In this document: positions 41,631-54,241 of the stretch, piece after piece
Layout: the number at the start of each line of letters is the position of its first letter
Position numbering within the stretch: position 1 is the first letter of the stretch
Notes under the pieces: model-generated
Databases searched by the model: none
Told to the model about the DNA's origin: nothing
Seen by the model: only the letters and a program-made list of their open reading frames with translations
Position numbers and translations under genes: made by a program
Source of the DNA: Lepidodermella squamata
Lineage: Eukaryota; Animalia; Gastrotricha
Length of the DNA stretch: 64,000 nt
Reading direction: 5' to 3'
NCBI GenBank assembly: GCA_047495785.1
Contig: JBLDXI010000045.1
Coordinates: 558,001 to 622,000, forward strand

Positions 41631-44600
41631 TCAGTGGTGGGGTGAATGCGGCACGTGTTCCGAATCCATCGACCCGGGTTCCAGGCCAGAATATAAAACC
41701 GGCCGTTTACAGGCTGACTCGTCAACCGCCGCCCACGCCATTCCCTCGGTGTTGAACGCGAAACCCCACCTGCGAGATTTCTCATCACTGCTTTTATTCC
41801 CGCAGGAATCGCCGCCAGTCGAAGGTGAAATGCAGATCACACCCCCGCTGCCTCCGCCCGGGGTGCCCTGCCAGTTCGAGGCGAGGTGTTCGACGGCTAA
41901 TTCAGCCGCCTGTTGAGCCGAGTGGCCCTTTTCAATGAAATGAAGGCACGCCCTAGCAACGCAAGTCGCCATGATGTGCTCGCCGATTCCAGTCGCGGAA
42001 ACAGCCCCGAGCCGGTTGTCAGCCGCCGTGCCGCAACCGGGCAGCGGGGTGTCACCCACGCGGCCGTCGATTTTACCCGTCAAACCACCTGTTGACGTCG
42101 CAGCGGCCACATTGCCGAACCGGTCGATGGCAACAGCGCCGACAGTTCCGCAGCGAATTGCGTTGTCGTTGCTGTGTTCCTCTCGCCATTTCACGAATAG
42201 TTTTCGCGATTTCTCGCTGATCATCTCAACTTCGTCGCATGTTGCTATGCCGTGTTGTTTCGCGTAGTCGTGGGCGTAATCGCCGACGATCAGATCACCG
42301 CCGACGTTTTCCTCCCGGTTACACTCTTCCATGATTGCTGAGCATAGATCGATCACATTACGCACGTTTCGCACCGCTCCGCAGGCGCCAAATCGGCGAG
42401 TAGCGCCGTCTTGCAACATCGCGTCCATTTCAACGTGCCCCGTCCTGGTCAACGACGAACCGCAACCTAAATTAGAAAAAATTAAGCTGGAATTTTCATC
42501 AATTTTCATCAAATGACAACTTAATCTAAAATTATTATCTGATCGTTTTTGGTGTGCGAATTTAGTTTAGGGATTAGGCTCCTTCGCCCTGCTGCCCCAA
42601 CTGCGGATGAGCTTGCCGTGGAGGAATTGCCAACCTCGGGAATTATGGCCCAGCTGACTTCTGCTGGACCTCAAGGCCTGCTTCATTACGCATTCGGTAC
42701 CTTGATTGAGGCTATCGAGCCGTTAAAGGCAGAAGTTACGCCTAATTATTCTACGAAATTCCAAATGCGCTCCATTTACCACCCCGATGGTGATAAGTAC
42801 CTGCTGCGCATCGATGTAGATAAATCGACGCGAGTGATTGGGCGACTCGACTACAACGCCTTGTCCGGCTTCTTCCCGTTAAACGTGCCCGTGGAACCAG
42901 ATGATTGTGGAAAAGTTTTTGAAACGAAGGAAGACAGACGAGATCCTTGTGTGTTAATGCGACTGACAAAAGTAAACGAAAAATCAGAGACTGGCAGTAA
43001 AGATGGCCGAAATGTGGAGTTCACAAGATTCGATTTACCCGATCCAAAGTCATGTAATTTATGGTATGAAATTTCGACTAACATCTGGGACCCGATTGAA
43101 GATGTTGATCCGGTCACTGGATTCTCGCAAATGTACCTTCGCTTCGGCTAAGAGCTACCAGCCATATCGAGACTACCGCTTTCACTGCATTCGGATCTTG
43201 CAGCCTTTTACTACAGTACCTCGAAGAACTCACAGGCTGGGTCTGCAAGACGCTAGGCCAACAAGTTCGCGTTGTTGTTTACGGGCGACAGCATATCTAA
43301 GCCCATGCAACAATCGAACTCGACAGTGAGCATCAGAAAATCGACGCGGTGCTACAAATCACTGATATGAGATGCAAATTCGGTTACAAGGCTTTGTGTG
43401 TAGATTCTGCGACCGGATTCAGGCAGCTATTCCGTCGAAGACGTACAATATTATGATCAGAGATATTCTGCTTCATGCCACGGCCACATACCTTCAAGTC
43501 GTCCTGGGAGTAAAAGCTGATATCCACACTGTGGAGTTACCCACCAATTTTTGATCGTTTCATTATCATTTTTGGCGGCATATGCGACGTCGATATGCCG
43601 TGGTACAATGGGGTCAAAACTATCTAGTACAAGGCTACAGGATGCATCATGCACGCACAGTATGTCCGCCTTAGGCAACTCGCTTTTCCTTTCTTCAACC
43701 GGGCGCTCGAGCACAGAAGCCCTATTGGCGACCTCCTCCTCGCCCGTAGCTCTCCTCTTCCGGGCAATCACTCCCCGATGCCGTGTTTCCCTCGGAGGAA
43801 TGTACTATTACTCCAATGTGTTTCCTTCACTCAGACTTTTTGTTACCCATTGATACAATTTTTGGGCTGAATTCATGCACGCAGTAGCCAACTCGCCTTG
43901 TTCTTAAACATTTGGATGCTATTTGCTTTAACATTTGGAAAATTTGTCAAGCCCTACTTATTCCTTTTTACGGGCATTCAATAAAAATGTTGGAAAATCA
44001 AATGAAAGTTGGTCGTTGGTTGGTGAAAATTTCAAATCTTAACAGAAGGTTTTCAAATTTTCAATTTTTTCAATAGCAGTTACTTTACCTGCGTTGAATA
44101 CTGGATCATTTTCCATGACTTTCACAGCCTCCTTAACTGCACTAACAGCCGTCTTCGCGCCTGATGTCAAGCATCGATATCCCACCAGCGCGGCTTGTTT
44201 CACGCCGCGCATGTACGGCTCCCGATATTCCTCCCGAACAGCGCCGGAACCAGCCCCGCCATGCACCAGAATCGTAATGGGGCCATTCGATTCATCAGAC
44301 GTGCGCTCGTTTTCTTCTTCCGGCCGGGCGAGACTGCTTAGATTAGTATTCGAGCCGTAGGGGTGGGCGTCGAAAAGCGACGAGCTGGACAAATGTTTGA
44401 GATCGCCGAGGATTGTCGACCAATAGAAATGGTTCGGTGTCGACTGGGCGCCGCCGCTGACCAGCGACAAGGCCGCGCATTTTCGCCGATTGATGCGCTG
44501 CTCGAGGGAGGGCTGGAGCGGGGAGGCGAACGAGAAAATGGACATTTTCATCGCCGGCAACTGGCCGTTAATGTGCAACGCGAAGACAACAGTTGGCTCG

Positions 44601-47600
44601 TCAATGTATTTACGAAGCGAGTTTGAGAGATGAGTCGATAACGACGGAGTGACGCCTCCCGCCGGGGTTTCGCCGCGGCTCTGATAGTCACGCATCATTT
44701 GAGTCGTCAGCCAGGCGAGGCACAGGCCAGAGGTTTTGTGGTTTTTGTTGAGACTGACAGTGATTGCGGAACCTATTTTCGAGTCGGCGTACATGGCTGA
44801 GCCCATAACAACAGAGTCTTTGAGCCTCGATGAGCTCTCGACGTTATGGTGTTCGTTAAACGAGCCGCATGCGATGTTGCCGTTTCGATCCGCAGCAATT
44901 ACATGCATGCTAAGGAAAAAAAGAAATGACAATTTCGAATTAGTTACTTTCGAAAAATAACATTCAGGATAAGAGAAAATTAATTTAAGCTCTGAATTTA
45001 ATGGGATGCAACCATATGAAATTCGAAATTCGATTTCTGAAATTACGCGATAATCGGTATAATTCAAAAGGTAATAATCGGTAATTTACACAAAAATAAC
45101 TATTCTTGCATAGTTTTCAAGATTTAAGGAATAGGCACGAAATATTCAAAATTTGACGATACCGTAACGCGCCCTAAATTTGGACACCCTAAATTTGGAC
45201 ACTTTGAGCTTTAGCCCCAAATTTCAATTTGCGCATAACTGATAAAAATTTAGAAATTTCACTGAAAAATAGCTCCTTACTGGGCTTTCCAACGATACCA
45301 AATTTGCCTATACTTTCATATACTATCGATTTGCGAAAAATCGCCGAAGCTCGATCACTCAGAAAGAAGTTTTGGGACCCCCCTTGCCAAACGCTCACCT
45401 GTGAACGGTTGGGGCTGAAATTTTTTTTGCACATAGAAATGTACCTAAACTAAAGGGTCCCCCACAGAGCAGCAGGCTTCAAAGCAGGGAAAACGCACTA
45501 AACAGTCCTCTCAGCAAGCGCTCAGGCTTAGCCTCTGATTTTCAACCAATCGACTAACATGATGGTCAGCTATTCTAGCTTTTCACACCAAAAATTGAGG
45601 AACATAAGTCATCAAACCTCCGTAATATGACTCAGACCTCACTTTGGTCGAAAAAGTCGTTTTTCGACATTTTTTCAAAATTCATAAGCCGGACTACTTA
45701 AGTTATGATGAGTCCATATTCAGAAAACTACGCCGAATTTTATCGTAATTAATTCGATTTATGGTTGCGTGGCGTTTGCACCGCTTTTTGAGTTTATCCT
45801 GCTTTGAAGCCTGCTGCTCTGTAGGGGACCCAAACTAAATGCTGTAAAAAAATCTCGGCAGTTGGACGAGCCAATTTTTATACAGGTGACTTTGAATTAA
45901 GGCTCTAAATTTGGACACTTTTTCGCCTACAAGCATGAAAAAAAAACTGCGGCAATTGAAAACTGAAAATATATAGAGTAAATAAAAAACATATAATATT
46001 TTGAATAATATTTTAACAACAATTTAAATATTATTTTGCGTTTTTGACACGCAGTTTACCCGGGAAAATCTTTTTTGGCAATCCGTCTTGGCAATGATCG
46101 TTGACGAGAAATCATGAAGTCTTATCTGAACTTTAACTAGTCATAGCAGTTGAGATCTTCAAAGAGGAATCTGTCAACGAACTTCAAACCCTTTTTAACA
46201 CTATTTAACGTTTTAACGTTTAACAATCGCATATTTGTTTAGAAATTATACTAAATATGAATAATATACTAGCTTTATTGATTTTTACCGGCCTACTGAA
46301 CTGTGGACTAGCTAAGAAGTACAAATTCTCTGCAGAAGATCTTCAAAATGCAATTTACAAGGTACAGACGAAGCAGTTGTCGCTACGGAGAGCTGCGGAA
46401 GTCTACAAGATTGGCAAATCAGATCTATTTAACAAGATTCATTCTTTACATCTGCGCCCCATCGGCCGCCAGATGTCCTTATCTGCTGAAGAAGAGGATC
46501 ATTTGACCTCAACCATAAAAACTCTTCAGCTGTGGAATCATCCGATGTCCCGTGAGGATGTCATTAACCTCGCGAGTCGTCTTGCTGGCAAGGACTTGGG
46601 CGTCAAATGGTTGAGGGAGTATAAGAAAAGACACCTTGACCTATCCGAACGGGTGCCTAGTAATAAACCTGTGCAACGTAACCATATGAACAGTCACAAC
46701 TTGATCAGACAACGGTTTGAGACCCTAAGGAAGATCCTGCCTAATAACCTGCCTGCCAGAAATGTAGTCAACCTTGATGAGACTGGCATTCGCCTTGCGT
46801 ACGGGTCAGGAAAAGTGTTTGCTATAAAAGGAACGAGTCGTGTCGATCAAAATGTTGACGGCAGTGAAAAAGACGTCGTTACAGTGTTGTTCGGCGGAAC
46901 CGCATCCGGAATCTCAACTCCGCCGTTGGTTATCTATAACGGTAAAACCGGTGATGCGAACCATATGCAGGGTGGACCTGCTGATACTCAATACACTGTT
47001 TCTGAGAACGGCTGGATGACCGACGACAACTTCTATTTCTATTGTAAGAATGTTCTTTTCCCGTTTTTGAAACGAAATGCCGATCCGAAATTCAAGATAT
47101 TTGTGTTATGGGATGGCCATATATCTCATATAAGCCTTCGTCTTGTCGACCTCGCTATAGAAGAAAATATTGAGCTGTTGTGCTTCCCAGGAGGCAAGAC
47201 CGACTTGCTGCAGCCTCTCGATTTAACGGTATTTGGCCCTATGAAGAAAGAGTGGCCAAAGATAGTAAACTGATCGGAATAGTTCGAAGCGATCTCAAAA
47301 ATGGGAACGGCAATAAAACCCGTTTAATATGGTTCTATGAAGTTGAAATTTTGAGTTATGCAAGAAAAAAGATACGCGATCATTTAATAAATTTTTAACA
47401 TCCTCAAAAGTCTCTTCACTAATTCCAAATAATTTGTATAATGGCTCCAATTTTAATGGCCATGTGACAGATGTCTAAACTAGTAAATCAGTGGATAAGT
47501 ACCTCAAAGGCCAAGTGTTGTCGAAGATATAGGTGTCCTCTTGCGAACTCGTAACCGATTCAGCCGAAGACGAAGAATGAGTCGAGGGTTCTGCTTTCTC

Positions 47601-48086
47601 GCCAATAACGCTTTCAATAAATTCGCGGCCACTATCGCCACACAACAAATTGTACTCGGTATTGTCCAGAACGTGTCTCGAAGCATCGACCGCATGCACC
47701 TGTTCACTCCGGTAACACCCAACAGCGCCACTTCGCTTCGACCCTCCGTCCATGAGAAAGGAGCTCTGATAGAACTCGGACTTGCCTTTGTAAGGCCAAC
47801 GACCGCCATTTCGGCTGAATTCATTCAAAACGTAATGAATGACATCGACAGCACTTGCGTCGCCTAAAAGCTGCTCATGCGCTGATCGGACCACTTCGCT
47901 GATTGACAGCGATTCGTTGTCATACGATGATTCCGAGGGCGGGCGTTCGGTGGTTGGACTCGATCGTTGGCTCGAATCGACAAAACACCCATCTGCGTAA
48001 ATGAAAACCACTGGCAGTACTACCTGCTGATGGTGTCGCCACAACGGAAGTGTACTGCCCTTTGAATCACGATTCAGCGACGCCAT
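41631..48086 (-). CDS. ASRGL1: Isoaspartyl peptidase/L-asparaginase (Ntn hydrolase) with an extra degenerate N-terminal copy of the same domain; exons 47503-48086, 44089-44909, 41631-42466
   Basis: C-terminal domain: VHGGAG, ENDPVFNAG|CGS, EMDA, G-TVGAVAID (nucleophile), TSTGG, GRVGDTP, SATGIGE. The splices keep frame. Confidence 0.88.
42549..43880. pseudogene. Unidentified decayed coding-like insert in the ASRGL1 intron (+ ORF 42549-43151; stop-interrupted - ORF ~43457-43875)
   Basis: A 200-codon ORF whose frame continues past isolated stops, and GC higher than typical introns here. No recognisable motif. Confidence 0.25.
45162..47273 (+). mobile_element. 3'-truncated pogo/Fot1-like DNA transposon with a DD35D transposase ORF (46257-47273), in an ASRGL1 intron
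   Basis: Left end TA|CCGTAACGCGCCCTAAATTTGGACAC with repeated CTAAATTTGGACAC. The ORF has Psq/CENP-B HTH, NLDETG, WDGHISH and QPLD with 35 residues between the last two Asp. No right TIR found. Confidence 0.9.
45455..45831. mobile_element. 377-bp MITE nested in the pogo element (8-bp TSD; Merlin- or Mutator-like)
   Basis: ~35-bp near-perfect TIR GGGTCCCC(C/T)ACAGAGCAGCAGGCTTCAAAGCAGG. AAACTAAA is duplicated on both sides. Confidence 0.9.
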
Positions 48087-48404
48087 TTCATAAAAAATAT
48101 CTATCAGAAAAAATTCGACATGAATATCAAAATTTTTAATCATTGTAGGCAAATTTAATATGGTACAGACATCTATCTGTATGATAAAAAAGTGAAACGA
48201 GAAAGCTGAAAACGGCGCGTAATTCAGATGCTAGTTGTTTCAGATGAACGGCCCAAGATGAGCAAACACAACAGGCGAAGACAGAGAGGGCACGGAAGAA
48301 AATTCGAACCAGCGATAGAAATTTTTTTATCACGAATTTTTTCGATTTAATAATTGAATATTTTTTTTGCTATCGGAAGAGATTGTCGATTTGATGAAAC
48401 CGGA

Positions 48405-51287
48405 TCATTGACATGGCGCAGGCTGTGATAGGCGCTGAGGCGCAACTTGACAACAAACTTGGCGATGCTGAGACCAATGCTTCGTCTGGCAATCGTAACT
48501 GCAATAACTCGCGTATCGGCTGTAAAAAAATAACAAAATAATTAGCATGGCTCAAAAGCTTAGAAATTGCATAATAAAATTACCAAGCAAAAATAATGGA
48601 GGAAAAATATTGAAATTACAGTAAATGAATTAGAGAATTAATTGATTTTTCAATAAATCTGGTAGAAGAAATTCGGTTGTTTTCTTCTTTAGCATATGAA
48701 ACGCGCTTGAATTGGTATGGACTTCATATCCCATAAAAGAATCCTTCAAATTATCACTTAAAACTGGTCACGAATCGCGTTGAATTTTCTACAGAAAAAC
48801 TTGACATTTTGTAATATCCTTAGGTGCTTATTTTACGTAGAACTTATCGAGAGCAATGGGCAATCATAACAAATTAATTTCGAGAGCTAGTCGAGAAACT
48901 CGATTTTCTCGACCGAATTTTGCTGTTTCTCGTGCTGTTTTAGGTGCAAATTAATTCAAGTCAACCATGGCTATTTTTTAATCAAGCAAATGAGACTAAA
49001 ACCAACCAGCAGTGCAAAGTAGCTTCAGACTTGCAGTTCGTGCACCAGTGCTTGCTTTTGGCATCGTTCACCTGCCGCTCGCCATCAGTAACAATAGCTT
49101 GAACTAGAGTTTGCATGAATTCAGCCCTTTCGTACTCCACCAATCGATTCGTTGCCGAATCATCTACAACCTCTGCAGTAGATTTCGGACTCAATAATAC
49201 TTGACTAGAAGATGGGATTAATTGTTGAGCAGCGGCGACGCATTTTTGAATGCACCCGACTGACGCTTGTTGGAAGGCTGTTGAAACGTTTTCTTCGCAT
49301 TTCACTTGCAGGGCGTCGCAGGCTTTGAGAAACGACGTCAAACCGTCGTCGCCCAGATCACGAGACGCCGCTTCGCGGAACATCGCGAAAGCAGTTCGCA
49401 TCGAGAGTGACAGCTGAAGCTGCTGCTTTTTACTGAACGACTCCGCGGCCTTAGAGAACACCTCCTCAAAATTAATAGGAGGCAACTTGGGTTCTTCAGC
49501 GACAGGCACGGGGTCGTTTTGAACGATTAAAGGCGGCTGTTCGACCACTTTAATGGAAGCAGCAGGCAGATCATTTGTACTCGGTTTCTCTGCAACAGGA
49601 GTAGTAACTTTTTTACGATCGACCTGATCGAGGAGGTTGAATTTGGGCAGTTTTTCGTCGGCAATTACGCCAAATAATGGCCGGGAAAGACGATTCTATA
49701 AATTCGAGTCATTAGCCAAGAATTAGGGAAATAAAACTGCCAAGTACCGTTGTCTCGTCATTTTTTGCATTCAAAGCGGCTCGTAACTTGTTCCGCCGCT
49801 CAGTTTTCGTTTCTGCGGTTTCCGGAATTCCATCTGAGCTAGAGTCAGAAGTATTGGAACTCCGAGTAGCGTTGTCGTTGTTATCGACTTCGCCTGATTT
49901 GTCTTGTTTGTTTTTGTGATCCATCGCAGCGATTTGGAAGCTCAAGGGCTGAGTACCCAAAGTCCTTGCATTTTCAACAGCTTCCGAAGGCGGAGCATTG
50001 ACCATCCACATTTGCATCATAGGTTGTAACGAAAACGGCAAATTGGGAGGGTAATAACTGAATGCCCCAAATCGAGATCTAGCAAAAAAATTCGATGATA
50101 ACATGAAGTTTCTCCAAATAATCGACGCACCTTATATTGTCAATGTGGCTGTTCAATTCGGCCATGGCATCGCTCAAACGTCCGCGGTTTTGATTTTTAG
50201 TACCATCAGGCGGAGATTGTTCGGATAAAAAATAGACTTCGTTAGGTGACAGTTTTTGCTTTGTATGATCAGCGAAAAAATGAACGTGAACTCGCAGAAC
50301 AGAGGATTGATCTGAAGTTTCGTTGTAGCAGCTTAAAACTTTAGCGGGCCAATATGGATAGCCTGCAAGTTTTGCCCACACAAGAGCATGGGGAGGCTGA
50401 CAAACATCGGTGAACCAAGTTTCCTTGCCGAGAACAGCGGATCGATAACATTCTGGACATGCTTCGATTTCCTGCGTTTCTTGTTTCGCATTAAAAAACA
50501 GCTTCTTCGCATTCGTTGACAGTGGATGGTCTAAAATAGAAAAAAAATTATATTCAAAGATTAACTACGTCATAGCTTGCCTCCTGAATTGAATACAATG
50601 CAATTATGCAATATCCATGAAACGTCGCTCCTGAATTCTGCGAGATTGCTGTATTCCTCATGCCGCGCTCTCTAAATCAAACCAGTTAATGAAGCGCTCC
50701 GTGGTTATAAGATATTGAATTTTAACCTGTTCAATTTTGAGAAGAGACATGGGATGGACTATCACTTGATAATAAGTGGGATACATCCGTGGATCAACAG
50801 GTCCGTAAAAGTGATCCATATCCTTCTTCAACTTTTCTACCACTATTGATAATAGTGAGTTTAGCTCGGCCTTTGACAGCCTGTAAACCCGCCAAAGCTC
50901 GGGATTTTCCGCAAATGACTTTGTTTCATATTTCATCATGTCCTGACAGTACGGGCACATCCACCGCTTGATCAATGAATTCAACGCTCTAGCGCATGAC
51001 CTATGGTAAGACCGACCACATCTTTCCGATAAGCACAACATTCGATCTTCAATCTTTTGGATATTTTTATGGCATTTAAAACAGTATTCATCCACCTCGT
51101 TAGGGACGACGCTCCCGTTCTGATTGCTCCGATTGCTATCGCTATTATTGCTGACTTTGGCGAGAGGTTCATCAACATCATTCGATCCAGCATCGTCATC
51201 ACCATTACGGTCCTCTGGTTCGGTATAATTCACCCGTAATCCTCGAGTACTGTAACGCTCATTAATCTTGATTGACGCTCTCTTCAT
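48405..51287 (-). CDS. ZMYND8/ZMYND11-family chromatin reader (PHD-bromodomain-PWWP-MYND), multi-exon
   Basis: PHD (YCFKC..CGRSYHRSC..WMCPYC), bromodomain (YPTYYQVIVHPMSL), PWWP (WAKLAGYPYWPAK), and spliced MYND (WCTNCKSEATLHCCRYASYCSYDCQTKHW). Confidence 0.9.
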
Positions 51288-51345
51288 ATAAATAACACTT
51301 TCTAGGTAATTATCATAGTCAATGAAACGCATGAAAAAGAATATT

Positions 51346-51756
51346 TCAAAGTAAAACACTGTCCAAAATTTCGAGAAACCAAAATGACTCGATGTTAGCA
51401 TCACAGAGTTTGGTGTCACTTCTTGAGCCACTAGTATGAAGGAGGTGTATCTTTTGGGCAAGAAGAACAATACTTTCGTCCAAAGCACGTGCTTGCGATA
51501 AAATTTCATTTTGTGTGGCAATTATCATCACATAGTCTCCGAGTTCAACACGACGATTCTGGGGAGGAAGAAAGCTGAGAGCCTTGTTCACATTAATAAA
51601 CGAAGCTGCTCCTGTTCCATCGTCAATTGTCAGAGTATCAGTTTCTTCGCCGATTTCTACGACAATTCCTTGAAGCCAAAGCATGTGAGGCGATGAGAAG
51701 CGCTCCGGAAACTTCAACAGCAGAGCCGCACATGTTTTTTTAGCGCATGCGGTCAT
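51346..51756 (-). CDS. RMI2: RecQ-mediated genome instability protein 2 (OB fold)
   Basis: LWLQGIVV, IDDGTG, GDYVMII, AQKIHLL and the terminal ESFWFLEI match the RMI2 pattern (WMQG, GKYVMV, ESMWELEV). Confidence 0.8.
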   Translation of the reverse strand: MTACAKKTCAALLLKFPERFSSPHMLWLQGIVVEIGEETDTLTIDDGTGAASFINVNKALSFLPPQNRRVELGDYVMIIATQNEILSQARALDESIVLLAQKIHLLHTSGSRSDTKLCDANIESFWFLEILDSVLL

Positions 51757-52504
51757 TATAAATAAAGCACCCGCAACTACAAAGAATGCAAAGCTGAAGT
51801 ATAATAAGCCGATTAAGAGACAAAAACAAAGAGAAAAGTGTTACTGTACGCTGCAACTTGTAAAGTATAATAAGCGAGCTTGGTATAATCAAGCTCTTCA
51901 AGATGTTTGCTCCAAAAAACAGACATGTCTCATGAAAGCAGAAGAATACCAGATAGGTACATCACATGAACGATACGTCCGAGTTCGGCGCTCGCCAAAA
52001 AAAGCTAACCAAACATTTCCCGCGAAATTCAAAATCTACGATTTTTGGTTTAAAATTTGAAATAAATTTATTGCTTAGACTTTTGAATATTATTTTGTAA
52101 AGTTGAAGATCAAAATTCAAAAATACACACGAAAATGTTGGACAAAAAACTATCGTCAAAAAAACTTCAACAAGTTAGCAATAAATTTGGCTAAAAACTA
52201 TGCAATATATTTCGTCTAATGTCTTAATGGGAGTGATTGTTTGCGAAACTTGATTGTCAGTTGTTATTTGCTAATCGTATGGCAGTTACGTGTGAATGTG
52301 AATTCAAGTTTGATACTTTTAACTTATAATCGATAATCGCAGCGTCTCATGAGAAATCCAGCGATTTATAATTTATATTTTCTTATAAAATGTTTTGCCA
52401 TCACATAAACCACTAACTATTGTATGGCAGTGCATGGTGCTCTTTCCGCAACCCAATCTTATCATTTCTGAATAGGAAATGCTGAACCCAAAAATTGGCG
52501 TTAG

Positions 52505-53172
52505 CAGTGACGGCGCCAGGGTGGGGCAAGGTGGGCGCTGCCCCCTGTCAAAGGCAGCGTAGCAAATTTTTTTTAATAACGAGCTTTATCCCATCCTAGC
52601 GTTTTGCACTGAAGTTTTATCCAAAAGTCGTATTCACAAGAACTTGCCCTCTGCCTTTTGCGCTATCCCAGTTTACCTTGCAATGTCAATGATTTATCAT
52701 TTTAACATTTCCAGAACTTGTTGGCGCCTTTATCCTGAGCCAATCAGCTAATAGCGCTGTTAGACAGGCTGGTGACTAAGCCCACCCCCTACCCTATATA
52801 AAGCACTAAAATAACGCATTTTGTTTTGAGAAAGCAGTTAAAAACTTGAAGGAACGCGGTAAAGAAAAGATTTGAAAAGATTGAAATTTTCGACTTTCTC
52901 CGACCTTTATCCCATCATAGATGGCAGGATTAGAAAAATTTGCTACACTGGGCAAAGGATCTTGCCCCTTGAAAAAATTTGTCAGGGAACCCGATTTCAG
53001 GTATTTCTAGACTATTTCTGACAAAAATACTCAAGAAATAACGTTGGCTAAAGCTCGCTTCGCTCGCACGGATGTTTCTGCAACAGCAGCTATTATCAAG
53101 TATCCCAAACCATAGCTATAAGTAGGGCGCCCCAGCTTGCCCCCTGGCTATATTACCCTCACGCCGCCCCTG
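52505..53172. mobile_element. hAT-type non-autonomous element
   Basis: Perfect 8-bp TSD GGCGTTAG (52497-52504, 53173-53180). TIRs CAGTGACGGCG / CAGGGGCGGCG. GC-rich subterminal GCCCC motifs. Confidence 0.88.
52555..52950. mobile_element. Second hAT-type MITE nested in the first
   Basis: TIRs CAGCGTAGCAAATTTTTTTTAAT / ATTAGAAAAATTTGCTACACTG. 8-bp TSD GTCAAAGG / GGCAAAGG (7/8 match). Confidence 0.82.
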
Positions 53173-53334
53173 GGCGTTAGTTGAAACTGCGGAACCGCCT
53201 GAGCAGACTACAGAACATAAGGATCATGGTGGAGTAGCTCTATATCTTTCCGCATAGCTGTATTGTTAGGAGAATTCGATATACAGAATATTATGCATTT
53301 CTTGAATTTTAGGCGTGAATGACATTGTATTACT

Positions 53335-54114
53335 ATGAGCTTCGAGAGAAAATGCTACCGTGACAAGGCGGAAGAAGTATGGCAAAAGCTCCAGGATTTA
53401 GTTACAGAGAATGACAATTTGACACATGGTCTCCTGGAAAGTCAATCTGAATTGAAGCAGAAAACAGCTGAACTTGATGAGCTGTCATCGAAAGTTGCCG
53501 ATTTCCAGCGCATGTACTCGGACCTAGAGCGAGCTTACAAAGAGGCAGCCGGCGCGGCAGAGCAAAGGGAAGAACTCATATTCAAGTTAGAAACCGAACG
53601 TCAGAAAAACGAGGCCTTGGAGGCGCGATTTTGCAGTATTTTGGAGCATTCTGCCCGTCTGGAAGGGGACATAGTCACATTGCAAAACCGACTTCAGGCA
53701 TCAGAGAAATCTAAGGCAGAACTTGAGGATGTGCTGAAACGTCGCGATGGTAGCTCTGGAATTGGACCAACCCGCAATGGAAATGCCATATCTCCTCCGT
53801 TGAACACAAAACAAGGCCCCTCGTGCCAAGATCCTAGAGCTGCTGGCTTTGGCAGTGGTGTTCTTGCTGGCGGTGGCGATGACTGGATAGTTTCCCCTCC
53901 TAAATCCAAGAACAATGTCAGGGCTTTGAATCAGACCTACGACGCCGCTCCTAATTATGCAAGTGGCCTATTCGTCAAAAAGTCGTCACAGGAAATGCAA
54001 CCGCCGCCCAAAAAGCATCGAGCTTCTCATGAACCCAGCTCATCGCGACGTGATGCATCAATGCTCATTACCTACGGCTCAAAGAAACGATCCCAAAACT
54101 CGTTTTACAACTAA
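53335..54114 (+). CDS. Uncharacterised protein: N-terminal coiled coil with a disordered basic C-terminus
   Basis: 259-aa ORF with a heptad-rich first half and PPKKHR NLS-like motif. In-frame stop upstream and an AG acceptor 22 nt before the ATG. Confidence 0.7.
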   Translation: MSFERKCYRDKAEEVWQKLQDLVTENDNLTHGLLESQSELKQKTAELDELSSKVADFQRMYSDLERAYKEAAGAAEQREELIFKLETERQKNEALEARFCSILEHSARLEGDIVTLQNRLQASEKSKAELEDVLKRRDGSSGIGPTRNGNAISPPLNTKQGPSCQDPRAAGFGSGVLAGGGDDWIVSPPKSKNNVRALNQTYDAAPNYASGLFVKKSSQEMQPPPKKHRASHEPSSSRRDASMLITYGSKKRSQNSFYN

Positions 54115-54241
54115 AGAACAGACCTACTTAGGTTGTTGAGAGAATTTGTTGTGTTGTTATACGTGCAAGATTATTTCCTTACTGAACAGTATTTTTAGTT
54201 CGTTCATATTTCTTTAAAATTGTTACAATAGGTGTTTTAAG

